Assembly (NCBI GenBank): GCA_016182545.1
Contig: JACPGG010000032.1
Coordinates: forward strand, 8,816 to 72,815
Length of the DNA stretch: 64,000 nt
Direction: 5' to 3'
Source of the DNA: Ignavibacteriales bacterium
GTDB taxonomy: Bacteria > Bacteroidota > Ignavibacteria > UBA10030 > UBA8401
Under the pieces are notes generated by a model. It was not told the origin of the DNA. It saw only the letters and a list, made by a program, of their open reading frames with translations, and searched no databases. Of this stretch, positions 1-9,349 are shown in pieces (position 1 is the stretch's first letter; each line of letters opens with the position of its first letter). A program made the position numbers and the translations under genes.

Positions 1-217
1 GCCATCTGCGCCGTCGCATCCTGCATTGCAACGCGATCAGGTGCAAAATCGATGTAACTCTTTCCCCGCTCCGCGGCGGATTTCGGAGCTTCCCAAAAAT
101 GTGCGTAAAGAATTTTTTCAGTGAGTGTGAGGGGTTTCCCGACAAGTTTTCGCGCGTGTGTGACTTTCTTAGCATAGTCGGTGTATACTTTTTTTATCAT
201 TCCTAAGTCGAATATCA
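1..217 (-). CDS. acnA: Aconitate hydratase (aconitase A), N-terminal fragment running off the window edge
   Basis: Reverse-complement translation of 217..1 gives [72 protein letters not shown]. This matches the conserved aconitase N-terminus ([11 protein letters not shown]…[13 protein letters not shown]). It is absent from the ORF track because it is truncated by the window start. Confidence 0.6.
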
Positions 218-358
218 TGGTTCTTTCTTTCTATCAAAAAGGACTAATCATTCCGTTTATTGAACAAAATATATGAAGAGTTCTGTTCCTCTGCAAGGAA
301 TTGCGTATTTGCACCGCTATCCAATTTTCTGTATTTTGATTAAAATCATTCAAGATTC

Positions 359-640
359 ATGGCAGAAACACACATCCAAACCGAGGAAGAACTCCTCGAC
401 GAAATTAAGACTCAAGAGCCCGCAAAAGCGATCTTGTTCAATGACGAAGTGCATACTTTTGAAGAAGTTATTGAACAGATCATGAAGGCGACAGGCTGCG
501 ATCTTCCGACAGCGGAGGGCTTGACCTGGGAAGTTCACCACACCGGCAAAGCGATAGTGTTTACCGGAGAGTTGGTGAAATGCCTGCAAGTGACAAGCGT
601 TCTGGAAGAAATCGAATTAATGACACAGGTGGAGGTGTAA
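359..640 (+). CDS. clpS: ATP-dependent Clp protease adaptor ClpS
   Basis: 93 aa, typical ClpS length and core (…VHTFEEVIEQIMKATGCDLPTAEGLTWEVHHTGKAIVFTG…). No clpA follows. Confidence 0.75.
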   Translation: MAETHIQTEEELLDEIKTQEPAKAILFNDEVHTFEEVIEQIMKATGCDLPTAEGLTWEVHHTGKAIVFTGELVKCLQVTSVLEEIELMTQVEV

Positions 641-642
641 AT

Positions 643-933
643 ATGACTACAACCTCAGAAATTAAAAAAAAACTTCAGCAACATAAGACTGAGTTGCGGA
701 ATAATTACTCTGTAAAGTCGCTGGGAATTTTCGGTTCATTTGCGAGAAACGAACAATCCGATACAAGCGACATAGATATTTTGGTTGACTTTGAAAAACC
801 GATTGGTCTACAATTTGTCGATCTTGCTGAGTATCTCGAATCAATACTTCACGCCAAAGTCGATCTTGTCTCCAAAAATGCAGTGAAACCAAAGTTAATG
901 AAGTATATTGGTCAAGATATTCAATATGTCTAA
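643..933 (+). CDS. Nucleotidyltransferase-domain protein (MNT-type antitoxin of a HepT/MNT pair)
   Basis: GIFGSFARNEQSDTSDIDILVDF is the minimal nucleotidyltransferase motif (GS…D.D). Start chosen at the internal ATG (MTTTSEIKK) to avoid overlap with clpS. Confidence 0.7.
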   Translation: MTTTSEIKKKLQQHKTELRNNYSVKSLGIFGSFARNEQSDTSDIDILVDFEKPIGLQFVDLAEYLESILHAKVDLVSKNAVKPKLMKYIGQDIQYV

Positions 934-1267
934 ACGGGATATAGCATTACTGCTTGAGGACATACTGGAGAGTATAGAAAAGATTGAAGATTACACGAAG
1001 AATATCTCGTTCGATGATTTCAAGGAAAATGGATTAGTCTTTGATGCTGCAGTCAGAAATCTTGAAATTATCGGTGAAGCCTCCAACAAAGTTTCAGAAG
1101 AATCAAAGAACGCAATGACGTCAATACCATGGAAGCAAATTCGTGGTTTGCGAAACCGGATCATCCATGAATACTTCGGCGTCGATATCAATATTGTCTG
1201 GTTCATTATTAAAAATGAATTGCCCAAGTTAAAAATAGAAATAGAGAGAGCGATCAAATCAAAATGA
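926..1267 (+). CDS. HepT-like (DUF86) toxin, partner of the preceding nucleotidyltransferase
   Basis: RNRIIHEYFGVDINIVW matches the DUF86/HepT Rx4HxY motif. It overlaps the upstream gene by a few nt, as is typical of TA pairs. Confidence 0.7.
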   Translation: MSKRDIALLLEDILESIEKIEDYTKNISFDDFKENGLVFDAAVRNLEIIGEASNKVSEESKNAMTSIPWKQIRGLRNRIIHEYFGVDINIVWFIIKNELPKLKIEIERAIKSK

Positions 1268-4104
1268 CATCACGCGAAGTCCGACAATCATTTCTAGATT
1301 TTTTCAAATCGAAACAACATACCATCGTTCCCAGTGCCCCGGTCATTCCCCACGGTGATCCGACACTGCTCTTCACGAATGCGGGGATGAATCAGTTCAA
1401 AGAGATTTTTCTCGGTACCGGAAAGCGAGATTATACACGCGCCGCCGATACGCAAAAATGCATCCGTGTGAGCGGCAAGCATAATGACCTCGAGGAGGTC
1501 GGACGTGACACGTACCACCATACGTTGTTCGAGATGCTCGGCAACTGGTCGTTCGGAGACTACTATAAAAAAGAAGCGATCGAATGGGCGTGGGAATTAT
1601 TGACCGAAGTGTGGAAAATGCCGAAGTCCCGATTGTGGGTAACCGTCTATAAAACAGACGAAGAGGCTGCAAAACTATGGGAGCGTTTCGTCGATCCATC
1701 CCGCATTCTTCGGTTCGGCGAGAAAGAAAATTTCTGGGAAATGGGAGATACGGGTCCGTGCGGTCCTTGTTCCGAAATCCATATCGACCTGACTCAAAGA
1801 GGCGATGCGCCCGAAGCGCTCGTCAACGCAGGTTCGCCGGAATTGATCGAGATCTGGAATCTCGTCTTCATCCAGTACAACCGGGAAGCGGATGGCACAT
1901 TAAAAGAACTTCCGGCGAAACATGTCGACACGGGAATGGGATTTGAACGAGTGTGTGCCGTCATGGAATCGATGAAGAGCGATTTCAAAAAATTCCCGTC
2001 GAACTACGATTCCGACGTCTTCACGCCGCTCATTTCAAAAATTTCCTCGCTCTCCGGCAAAGAGTACAAAGCGGGACATTCGGATTCCGATGTCGCAATA
2101 CGCGTTGTGGCAGACCACATTCGTGCACTGACATTTGCAATCGGTGACGGGGCATCTCCCTCGAACGAAGGTCGCGGGTATGTTCTGCGGAGAATACTCC
2201 GCCGCGCTTCCCGCTGGGGACGCAAACTCGACCTGAGAGAGCCGTTCATGTATCAACTGGTGCAGACACTTGTTGATACAATGGGAGATGTATTCCCTGA
2301 GATCGTATCGAACCAAAAGCATATCGAACGTGTTGTGAAGAGTGAAGAGGAAAGTTTCAACCAAACACTCGACCGGGGATTGGAAATTTTCGAGCAGGCA
2401 GTGATCGGATTGAAGCAGTCGAAAATATTCCCCGGCGAAGTGGCATTCAAACTGTACGATACATTCGGCTTTCCCCTCGATCTTACTCAACTGCTCTGCT
2501 CAGAGCGCGGTTTACAAGTTGATGTTGCAACATTCATGCAGTTGATGGAAGAGCAGCGGGAGCGATCACGCAAATCGACGAAAACAACAATTTATGATTT
2601 CCCGGAAAGCGATATAGAGGAACTTTCAAAAAAATTAATCAAAACAGATTTTGACTATGATGCATTTGAAACAGAGATCAAGAATATTGAGGAAACGTTT
2701 TTTATAAGATTACGTTCATCAGATAAATCAAACTCAAATTACTTCTTTCTGAGAAAGCCAACACCCTTTTATGCCGAATCTGGCGGACAGATCGGCGACA
2801 AAGGGGAAATACTTTTTGACGACGATATAATTCCTATTGTTGATACACGGAAGGAGGCCGGATTCATTGCACACTTTGTTCAAGATTCTACGCATTTACA
2901 AAAAGCGATTAATAATTTTGGAAGTGGCAAAAAAGCGAAAATAAGAATTGATATTGCGCGCCGATATTCTATCATGCGCAACCACACCGCAACGCATTTA
3001 ATGCATGCGGCTTTGCGTCAAGTGCTCGGCACACATGTCCATCAGGCAGGATCACTTGTCGCGCGCGAGCATCTCCGCTTCGACTTCGCACATTTTGCGA
3101 AAGTGAGCGACCAGGAAATATCCGAGATTGAAAATATTGTCAACGAAAAGATAAAAGAGAATATCACGCTGCAGCACCATCGCAATATTCCGTTTGATCA
3201 AGCGAAGAAGATGGGCGCGCTGATGTTCTTCGGCGATAAGTACGGCGACAAGGTGAACGTCGTGCAGTTCGGCGAGTTCAGCAAAGAGTTCTGCGGCGGC
3301 ACGCATATTAAGAACACACAGGAGATCGGATTTTTCAAGATCCGCACGGAAAGCAGCAGCGCCAGCGGCGTCCGTCGTATCGAAGCGCTGACGTACGACT
3401 ATGCCCTGGAATATTTGAATCTTCAAAACAAGACATACAAAGAGCGGATCGAGTATGCGTATGACATTATAGATTCGATCCAGACGGTACATAATGAACT
3501 TAATGGAAAGTCTCCGTTCACAAACGAAGAGGTGCTCGGACTTGATACAAATCTGAGAAAGTTGGAGGATATTCCCGATCTTCCGGCATCTATCGTTACC
3601 GAAGAATTGAAGAAAGAATTCACAGACCAACTTGTACGCTTCCAGATATTGGAAAATTATATTCTTGATCTTAGCGACAAGAAAAGAGCGATCGAAAAAG
3701 AGAAGGCAAAAGAAGCGGTTCAATCGGCGAGCGGGAATTTGGATGCGCTGATACAATCCGCGCAGGCGTTGAACGGGGTGAAAGTGATCAGTTCAAGAAT
3801 TTCCGCAAATGATATGGATTCGTTGAAAACATTGGGAGACAATCTCCGTTTGAAGATCGGCAGCGGCGTCGGGCTGCTCGCTTCCGTGATCGATGAAAAA
3901 GTGGCGCTCGTTTGCGTGGTGAGTGACGACCTGATCAAATCGAAGAATTTGCAGGCGGGAAAAATTGTCGGTGTAGTTGCCAAACAACTCAACGGCGGCG
4001 GCGGCGGCAAACCGCATCTTGCAACTGCCGGCGGCAAAGATATTGCCAAACTTGATGACGTACTGAAAGGCTTTTCCGATGTTGTCAAAGGAATGATGAA
4101 CTAA
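1264..4104 (+). CDS. alaS: Alanine--tRNA ligase
   Basis: 946 aa with the full AlaS architecture: catalytic core (FTNAGMNQFK, HHTFFEMLGNWSFGDYYK), editing domain (HTATHLMHAALRQVLG…CGGTH) and C-Ala domain with a GGGGGK loop. Confidence 0.95.
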   Translation: MTSREVRQSFLDFFKSKQHTIVPSAPVIPHGDPTLLFTNAGMNQFKEIFLGTGKRDYTRAADTQKCIRVSGKHNDLEEVGRDTYHHTLFEMLGNWSFGDYYKKEAIEWAWELLTEVWKMPKSRLWVTVYKTDEEAAKLWERFVDPSRILRFGEKENFWEMGDTGPCGPCSEIHIDLTQRGDAPEALVNAGSPELIEIWNLVFIQYNREADGTLKELPAKHVDTGMGFERVCAVMESMKSDFKKFPSNYDSDVFTPLISKISSLSGKEYKAGHSDSDVAIRVVADHIRALTFAIGDGASPSNEGRGYVLRRILRRASRWGRKLDLREPFMYQLVQTLVDTMGDVFPEIVSNQKHIERVVKSEEESFNQTLDRGLEIFEQAVIGLKQSKIFPGEVAFKLYDTFGFPLDLTQLLCSERGLQVDVATFMQLMEEQRERSRKSTKTTIYDFPESDIEELSKKLIKTDFDYDAFETEIKNIEETFFIRLRSSDKSNSNYFFLRKPTPFYAESGGQIGDKGEILFDDDIIPIVDTRKEAGFIAHFVQDSTHLQKAINNFGSGKKAKIRIDIARRYSIMRNHTATHLMHAALRQVLGTHVHQAGSLVAREHLRFDFAHFAKVSDQEISEIENIVNEKIKENITLQHHRNIPFDQAKKMGALMFFGDKYGDKVNVVQFGEFSKEFCGGTHIKNTQEIGFFKIRTESSSASGVRRIEALTYDYALEYLNLQNKTYKERIEYAYDIIDSIQTVHNELNGKSPFTNEEVLGLDTNLRKLEDIPDLPASIVTEELKKEFTDQLVRFQILENYILDLSDKKRAIEKEKAKEAVQSASGNLDALIQSAQALNGVKVISSRISANDMDSLKTLGDNLRLKIGSGVGLLASVIDEKVALVCVVSDDLIKSKNLQAGKIVGVVAKQLNGGGGGKPHLATAGGKDIAKLDDVLKGFSDVVKGMMN

Positions 4105-4847
4105 TGAATATCTACCAATCATTACTTGCTACCTCAAAAACAAAAGGCGCTGCGTATCTCGTTCTTGTCGATCCGGATAAGATCGCACTGGAGAAACTCC
4201 CGACTTTCATCCAACAGGCGACCACAGCCGGCGCGGACGCATTTCTTGTCGGCGGAAGCCTCATCACGGACGATTCGTTCGAACGATGCGTCGTATCGAT
4301 CAAACAGAGCAGCAATATTCCTGTTGTGATTTTCCCCGGCGGTGTAACACAGATCTCAGCGAAAGCGGATGCGATCTTATTCCTCTCTCTGCTCAGTGGA
4401 CGAAATCCGGAACATCTGATCGGTGATCAGGTGCTCGCGGCACCGATCGTCAAGAAGATCGGGCTTGAGGCGATTTCAACGGCGTACATGCTGGTCGAAT
4501 CGGGAAAGACAACGTCTGCTGAGTTTATGAGCAACACCCGCCCCCTCCCACGACACAAGCCGGATATCGCTCTTGCTCATGCGTTGGCGGCAGAAATCCT
4601 CGGATTTAAAATGATCTATCTCGAAGCAGGAAGCGGCGCGGATCAATCGGTCCCGGAAGAGATGATTGGCGGGATTGCAAAATATTGCACTGTTCCACTC
4701 ATTGTCGGCGGTGGAATCAAGACTCCCGAAGAAGCGAGAAAGAAAGTCATTGCCGGAGCGAGCTTCATCGTGACCGGAACTGTTTTTGAAAAGAACGGCG
4801 ATGCAGGATTAATGAAAGATTTTGCCGCGGCAATACACACCAAATAA
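4104..4847 (+). CDS. Geranylgeranylglyceryl/heptaprenylglyceryl phosphate synthase family protein (PcrB/GGGPS-like)
   Basis: 247 aa TIM-barrel prenyltransferase signature: LVDPDK…GGS…IVGGGIKTPEEARK…ASFIVTGT. Confidence 0.65.
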   Translation: MNIYQSLLATSKTKGAAYLVLVDPDKIALEKLPTFIQQATTAGADAFLVGGSLITDDSFERCVVSIKQSSNIPVVIFPGGVTQISAKADAILFLSLLSGRNPEHLIGDQVLAAPIVKKIGLEAISTAYMLVESGKTTSAEFMSNTRPLPRHKPDIALAHALAAEILGFKMIYLEAGSGADQSVPEEMIGGIAKYCTVPLIVGGGIKTPEEARKKVIAGASFIVTGTVFEKNGDAGLMKDFAAAIHTK

Positions 4848-4883
4848 TTTTCAATTTTGAATTTGTAATTTTTAACTGTTTCT

Positions 4884-5489
4884 ATGGCACATTTACCTCT
4901 CACACTTGTCTATCGTCAATCGTTCATTCAGGATTCGCTGAAAGCGAGCGCGGCAATCAAACAGAGGATCGCCGAGCAATGCACCGGCGATATTTCGAAA
5001 GCGATCGATTTCATCATCCGTGCTTTCAATAACAAAAAGAAAGTGATGCTTTGCGGCAACGGCGGCAGCGCTGCCGATGCCCAGCATCTTGCGACGGAGT
5101 TCGTCATCCGCTTAAGCCCCAAGATCAAGCGCCCCGGTTTGCCGGCAATCGCATTGACAACCGATGCGTCCAATCTTACCGCCGGCGCAAACGACATCGG
5201 ATACGACAATGTCTTCGCCCGTTCGATTGAAGCACTTGGACAGGAGGGTGATATTTTGATCGGAATCTCCACAAGCGGAAATTCCCCAAGCGTCAACAAT
5301 GCCTTCGCGAAAGCGCGGGAAATGAAGATCAACACTATCGGTTTTCTCGGCAAGGACGGCGGCAAAGCGAAAGATTTATGCGACATTGCCATCGTTGTGC
5401 CGTCCGATGATACGCAGCGAATTCAAGAGGGACACATCACGATCGGGCATATCATTTTTCAAGAAGTCGAACAGGAAATGTTCGGGTAA
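4884..5489 (+). CDS. gmhA: SIS-domain phosphoheptose isomerase (GmhA/DiaA family)
   Basis: CGNGGSAADAQHLATEF…GISTSGNSPSV…KDGGK… conserved along the full length of GmhA. Confidence 0.75.
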   Translation: MAHLPLTLVYRQSFIQDSLKASAAIKQRIAEQCTGDISKAIDFIIRAFNNKKKVMLCGNGGSAADAQHLATEFVIRLSPKIKRPGLPAIALTTDASNLTAGANDIGYDNVFARSIEALGQEGDILIGISTSGNSPSVNNAFAKAREMKINTIGFLGKDGGKAKDLCDIAIVVPSDDTQRIQEGHITIGHIIFQEVEQEMFG

Positions 5490-5518
5490 TAACTCATGGT
5501 ACGCAGAATAAGAAAAAC

Positions 5519-5632
5519 GGTCATGGTGAGCAAGGCGCAGACTAAATTAATGAAGTCATCCTTCGACGCATCCTTCAAAAAACGAAGGATTTGCTCTGGA
5601 TGACCATCGTTTCTGCGCCGCGTCGAACCACT
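5519..5632. repeat. Structured intergenic palindromic repeat (GTCATCC…GGATGAC with CGTCGAAGGAT core), related to the GTCATTGCGAG family
   Basis: Nested inverted repeats: ggcgcaga/tctgcgcc outer and gtcatcc/ggatgac inner. Shares the gtcat-N-gagc and cgtcgaa motifs with the copies at 12.9, 28.3, 32.0, 46.1 and 50.5 kb. Confidence 0.5.
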
Positions 5633-5714
5633 TTTCCATTATTGAGTAACATCAGTTAATAAAGAATAGATTTTCCACATCTTGAAGATTTGGAAAATCT
5701 AAAAAAGGATTCCA

Positions 5715-6059
5715 ATGAAAATTCCGGGATTAGGCGACCTTCAGGAGGTCATGAAGAAAGCGCAGGAGATGCAGCAGCAAATGGGGAAGGTGCAGGAAGA
5801 ACTTGCGAATAAAAGCGTCTCCGCAGAAAGCGGCGGCGGGATGGTGAAAGTGACCGCGAACGGAAAGCAGCAGATACTCCAGATCAAAATCGAAAAAGAG
5901 GTCATTGATCCCGCGGATGCAGAAATATTGGAGGACTTGATCGTCGCCGGAGTGAACAAAGCGCTCGACGCTTCGCAAAAATTGGCACAGGAAGAGATGA
6001 AAAAAGTGACCAGCGGGATGCTCCCGAATATTCCGGGACTGAATTTACCAAATCTATAA
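5715..6059 (+). CDS. ybaB: Nucleoid-associated protein YbaB/EbfC
   Basis: 114 aa; MMKKAQEMQQQM…GGGMVKVTANGKQQILQIKIEKEVIDPADAEILEDLIVAGVNKAL is the canonical YbaB core. Confidence 0.85.
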   Translation: MKIPGLGDLQEVMKKAQEMQQQMGKVQEELANKSVSAESGGGMVKVTANGKQQILQIKIEKEVIDPADAEILEDLIVAGVNKALDASQKLAQEEMKKVTSGMLPNIPGLNLPNL

Positions 6060-6119
6060 CCACAAATGCACAAAGACACCAAATGGACTGTATTCGTGAT
6101 TTTGTGTCTTTGTGGTTGA
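6057..6119 (+). terminator. Imperfect hairpin (aaccacaaa…caaagacac / gtgtctttgtggtt) between ybaB and recR
   Basis: Inverted repeat seen directly in the sequence. There is no clear U-tract, so it may be an attenuator or RNA structure rather than a strict terminator. Confidence 0.35.
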
Positions 6120-6720
6120 CACCATGATATATACTTCAGAAACGATCGAACAACTTATCGAAGAATTCGCACAACTGCCGAGCATTGGACGAAAGACAGC
6201 TCAGCGGCTTGCGATGCATCTGTTGAAAATGCCGCGCGAAGAGGTTGTGAAGTTTGCCAAAGCGATGGTCGATGTGAAGGATAAAGTGAGATATTGTTCT
6301 GTCTGCTTCAACATCACCGAAAGCGATCCGTGCTCGATCTGTTCGAGCCAGAAGAGAAACCGAAAAACGATCTGTGTCGTGGAAGAACCGAACGATGTCA
6401 TCGCCGTCGAGAAGACTCATGAATTCAATGGACTGTATCACGTGTTGGGCGGTGCTCTCTCCCCGCTCGACGGCATCGGTCCGGAAGATCTGAAAGTAAA
6501 GGAATTGCTGAGCCGATTGAACGACGATATCGATGAGATCATCCTTGCGCTGAACCCGAATGTCGAAGGGGAAACAACGACGTTATACCTTGCAAAGTTA
6601 TTGAAACCATTGTCGATCAAAACCACACGCATCGCACGTGGACTGCCGATCGGCAGCGATCTTGAGTTTGCCGATGAAGCGACACTCACGCGAGCATTGG
6701 AGGGACGCGTTGCGTTGTAG
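6112..6720 (+). CDS. recR: Recombination protein RecR
   Basis: C4 zinc finger [17 protein letters not shown] followed by a Toprim domain. ybaB-recR synteny is classical. Confidence 0.9.
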   Translation: MVDTMIYTSETIEQLIEEFAQLPSIGRKTAQRLAMHLLKMPREEVVKFAKAMVDVKDKVRYCSVCFNITESDPCSICSSQKRNRKTICVVEEPNDVIAVEKTHEFNGLYHVLGGALSPLDGIGPEDLKVKELLSRLNDDIDEIILALNPNVEGETTTLYLAKLLKPLSIKTTRIARGLPIGSDLEFADEATLTRALEGRVAL

Positions 6721-7303
6721 TATACAATACATCGCAAGTACCGTTCTCGCTCTTTTCGTCATCTCGTGCAATTTGTTCGACACCCGGGATCCTGAAAATC
6801 CTGTTACAGACAATCAAACACTCCCTCCCCCGCTGACCAAAGAGGCGCTCTACAGCAATTTCCAAAATTCATTACAGCAAAAAAATCTTGCGGAATACGA
6901 AAAATTGTTCGCAGATTCGGCGACACATAAACAGCAGTTCCTCTTCATTCCGAACCAGTCTGCAGCAGTGCGGTACTCGTCAATATTTCCGACATGGAAT
7001 AAGACATCGGAGGTCGATTACTTCAGAAATATCATAACATCTATCGGCGCTTCATCAATTCAATTTACAACGACATCTTCTCCACAAATCATAACGTATC
7101 AGTCGGATTCGGCTTTGTACACGATCCAATATTCTCTTTTCGTGCCCCACAATCGACCCGGAACGACGACGCAGTTTGAAGGACGAAGTGAATTGTACAT
7201 GTCGCCGAATAAGAACAATATCTGGGTGATCTATCGTTGGATCGATTTTGAAACAAAGAAGGATTCGAGTTGGAGCGAGTTAAAGGGACAGTTTGCGAAA
7301 TGA
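6710..7303 (+). CDS. Hypothetical lipoprotein (paralog A of a tandem pair)
   Basis: Signal/lipobox [14 protein letters not shown]. The probable start is the TTG at 6710, overlapping the recR stop; the ORF track starts it at 6638. It ends …[16 protein letters not shown]. Confidence 0.45.
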   Translation: MRCSIQYIASTVLALFVISCNLFDTRDPENPVTDNQTLPPPLTKEALYSNFQNSLQQKNLAEYEKLFADSATHKQQFLFIPNQSAAVRYSSIFPTWNKTSEVDYFRNIITSIGASSIQFTTTSSPQIITYQSDSALYTIQYSLFVPHNRPGTTTQFEGRSELYMSPNKNNIWVIYRWIDFETKKDSSWSELKGQFAK

Positions 7304-7809
7304 AGTCTCTATCAATTGTCATTGCCATCGTTATTATCGGCGGATGCGATAATCCGTTTGCACCGGCATTGGATACATCACCGTCGGGTTCAGGATCGAT
7401 CCTCGGCGACCAGACGCAGATTGAGGGAGTATTCCAGAATTTCAAACAAGCGTACGCCTTCCGCGATTCAACGATCTACGGCGAATTGCTTGCACCCAAC
7501 TTTATTTTTATCTATCGTGATTATGAAAGAGGGGCAGATGTCTTTTGGGGACGCGACGATGATATCCGGACGACATACGGATTGTTCCAAAACGTGCAGC
7601 GGCTTGATCTGGTGTGGAATACGATAATCTCATCCAATGTCGAATCGGACAGCCTCCGTGCCACGATACTTCGGAATTTCAATTTAACTGTCACATTCAG
7701 TGCCAGCGATGTTGTCCGCGTGGACGGCTATGCCAATTGGACACTGGAACGGCAGAACATCGGCGACGTCTGGAAGATCACCCGGTGGCGCGACGAATCT
7801 AATTTTTGA
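7300..7809 (+). CDS. Hypothetical lipoprotein (paralog B of a tandem pair)
   Basis: [20 protein letters not shown] lipoprotein signal. The C-terminus DVWKITRWRDESNF parallels the upstream gene's [11 protein letters not shown]. Confidence 0.45.
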   Translation: MKSLSIVIAIVIIGGCDNPFAPALDTSPSGSGSILGDQTQIEGVFQNFKQAYAFRDSTIYGELLAPNFIFIYRDYERGADVFWGRDDDIRTTYGLFQNVQRLDLVWNTIISSNVESDSLRATILRNFNLTVTFSASDVVRVDGYANWTLERQNIGDVWKITRWRDESNF

Positions 7810-8643
7810 ATGAAAAAAATCACGGTCTCATTCCAGGGTGAATACGGCGCTTTCAGCGAGAAAGCGGCGTTGTCATATTTCGGCAGCAACTGTACACCGG
7901 TTCCGCGGCAAAATTTCAGAGACGTCTTTGACGATGTACAAAAAAGACGATCTTTGTTCGGCGTTATACCGATAGAAAATTCAGTCTTCGGAAGCATCGC
8001 ACAGAATTACGATCTGCTCCTCGAATACCCCCTGTCCGTCGTCGGTGAATTGAAACTCCGCATCCATCACTGTTTGATGGCAATGCCCGGAACATCGATC
8101 GCCGGTGTGCGGCATATCTATTCACATCCTCAGGCACTCGGTCAATGCGAGGTATTTCTTCAAACAATGAAACAAAGTACCATCCATCAGTACTACGATA
8201 CCGCAGGTGCGGCAAAAATGATAGCGGAGGAACGCCGCAGCGATGCAGCTGCGATTGCAAGCGAACAAGCGGCTCGGCATTATGGTTTGAAGATCATCCG
8301 CAAAAACATCGAAACGGACCATCGTAACTTCACGCGATTTCTCATTCTGTCTAAAAAACCGACCGGTATCATCCGTCACGGAAAGACTTCGATCATTTTT
8401 GCTACGAAGCATCAGCCGGGATCGCTCGTCCATTGTCTTTCAGCATTCGCCGACAGGAAGATCAACCTGCTGAAAATTGAATCCCGACCACTGATCGGCA
8501 AGCCGTGGGAATATATTTTCTTCGTTGATGTTGATTCTGACAAAAGAAATAAGGAATTTCTAAAGGCACTGCGTGAGCTGTCGGATCATGCGACATTCGT
8601 GAAAATCCTGGGCTCATACAAATTCGGGAAAGTGATACAATAA
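7810..8643 (+). CDS. pheA: Prephenate dehydratase
   Basis: PDT domain (VSFQGEYGAFSE…ENSVFGSI…) plus a C-terminal ACT domain (IIFATKHQPGSLVHCLSAFADRKINLLKIESRP). Confidence 0.85.
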   Translation: MKKITVSFQGEYGAFSEKAALSYFGSNCTPVPRQNFRDVFDDVQKRRSLFGVIPIENSVFGSIAQNYDLLLEYPLSVVGELKLRIHHCLMAMPGTSIAGVRHIYSHPQALGQCEVFLQTMKQSTIHQYYDTAGAAKMIAEERRSDAAAIASEQAARHYGLKIIRKNIETDHRNFTRFLILSKKPTGIIRHGKTSIIFATKHQPGSLVHCLSAFADRKINLLKIESRPLIGKPWEYIFFVDVDSDKRNKEFLKALRELSDHATFVKILGSYKFGKVIQ

Positions 8644-8644
8644 C

Positions 8645-9349
8645 ATGGCACTACTGTACACCGTCAAAGAAGGTTTTTTGGGATTCAAACGGGCGCGCCT
8701 CTCATCGGTCATCACCATCTTTACGATGACGATCTCGCTGCTGCTGCTCGGACTCTTCGCGATCATTTACCGGAATACGAATCAGATCATCCAGTCGTTC
8801 CGCGATAAAGTTGAGATGGAGGTCTTCTTGTCCGTGGAACTTGATTCCGCGGAGACACAGAACGTGAAGAGCGACCTGATGAAGGTCCCCGGCATTGCAA
8901 GCGCGATATATATTTCAAAGGACGAAGCGGCAAGGATATTTAAAAAAGAATTCGGAGAAGATATCAATGCCGTGCTTGACTTTAATCCGCTGCCGGCATC
9001 ATTTAAATTGCGGTTGACGCCTGAATATAAAAATTCGGACAGTGCGAAGATCGTTTACGGAGCGTTGACAACGGTACCCGGTGTTGACGACGTGGTGTAC
9101 AGAAAAGCGCTGCTGGAGATCCTGGACAGAAGAGTGAAGATCTTCATCGGCGCCAGTGCCGCGATCGGATTGACGTTGCTTATTGCAACGATCTTCCTCA
9201 TCTCCAATACGATCCGTTTGACGATCTACGCCAAGGATTGCTCGGCAGCGGGTGGTCGGTCAAGCGGTTCATTTCGGAAAACATCGTCATGCAATAAAAA
9301 AGGTGCCACTCACTTCAAAAGTGAGCGGCACCTTCAATTCACATCTTAA
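8645..9349 (+). pseudogene. ftsX: FtsX-like cell-division permease, C-terminally truncated (TM3/TM4 missing)
   Basis: Clear FtsX N-terminus, TM1, periplasmic domain and TM2 (…ISNTIRLTIYAKD). The conserved RREIEIMKLVGAT… continuation is absent in all three frames. The ORF instead runs into the convergent sdhB terminator hairpin. No ftsE is adjacent. Confidence 0.55.
9295..9333 (-). terminator. Rho-independent terminator of sdhB (GGTGCCACTCAC-loop-GTGAGCGGCACC plus a T-tract on the minus strand)
   Basis: Perfect-stem hairpin flanked by an A-run on the plus strand and a T-run on the minus strand. Confidence 0.7.

Noticed and set aside
580-642. 21-codon N-terminal extension of the nucleotidyltransferase ORF overlapping the clpS 3' end
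   Set aside because: The extension (MPASDKRSGRNRINDTGGGVN) lies in another frame of the clpS coding sequence. An in-frame ATG at 643, just after the clpS stop, gives a sensible start.
2575-2960. AT-rich stretch inside alaS, suspected inserted element or intein
   Set aside because: The translation aligns collinearly and with normal spacing with the standard AlaS region between the aminoacylation and editing domains. No extra domain is present.
3052-3756. 234-aa minus-strand ORF antisense to alaS
   Set aside because: It lies entirely within the alaS coding region on the opposite strand and has no recognisable features. It is a shadow ORF.
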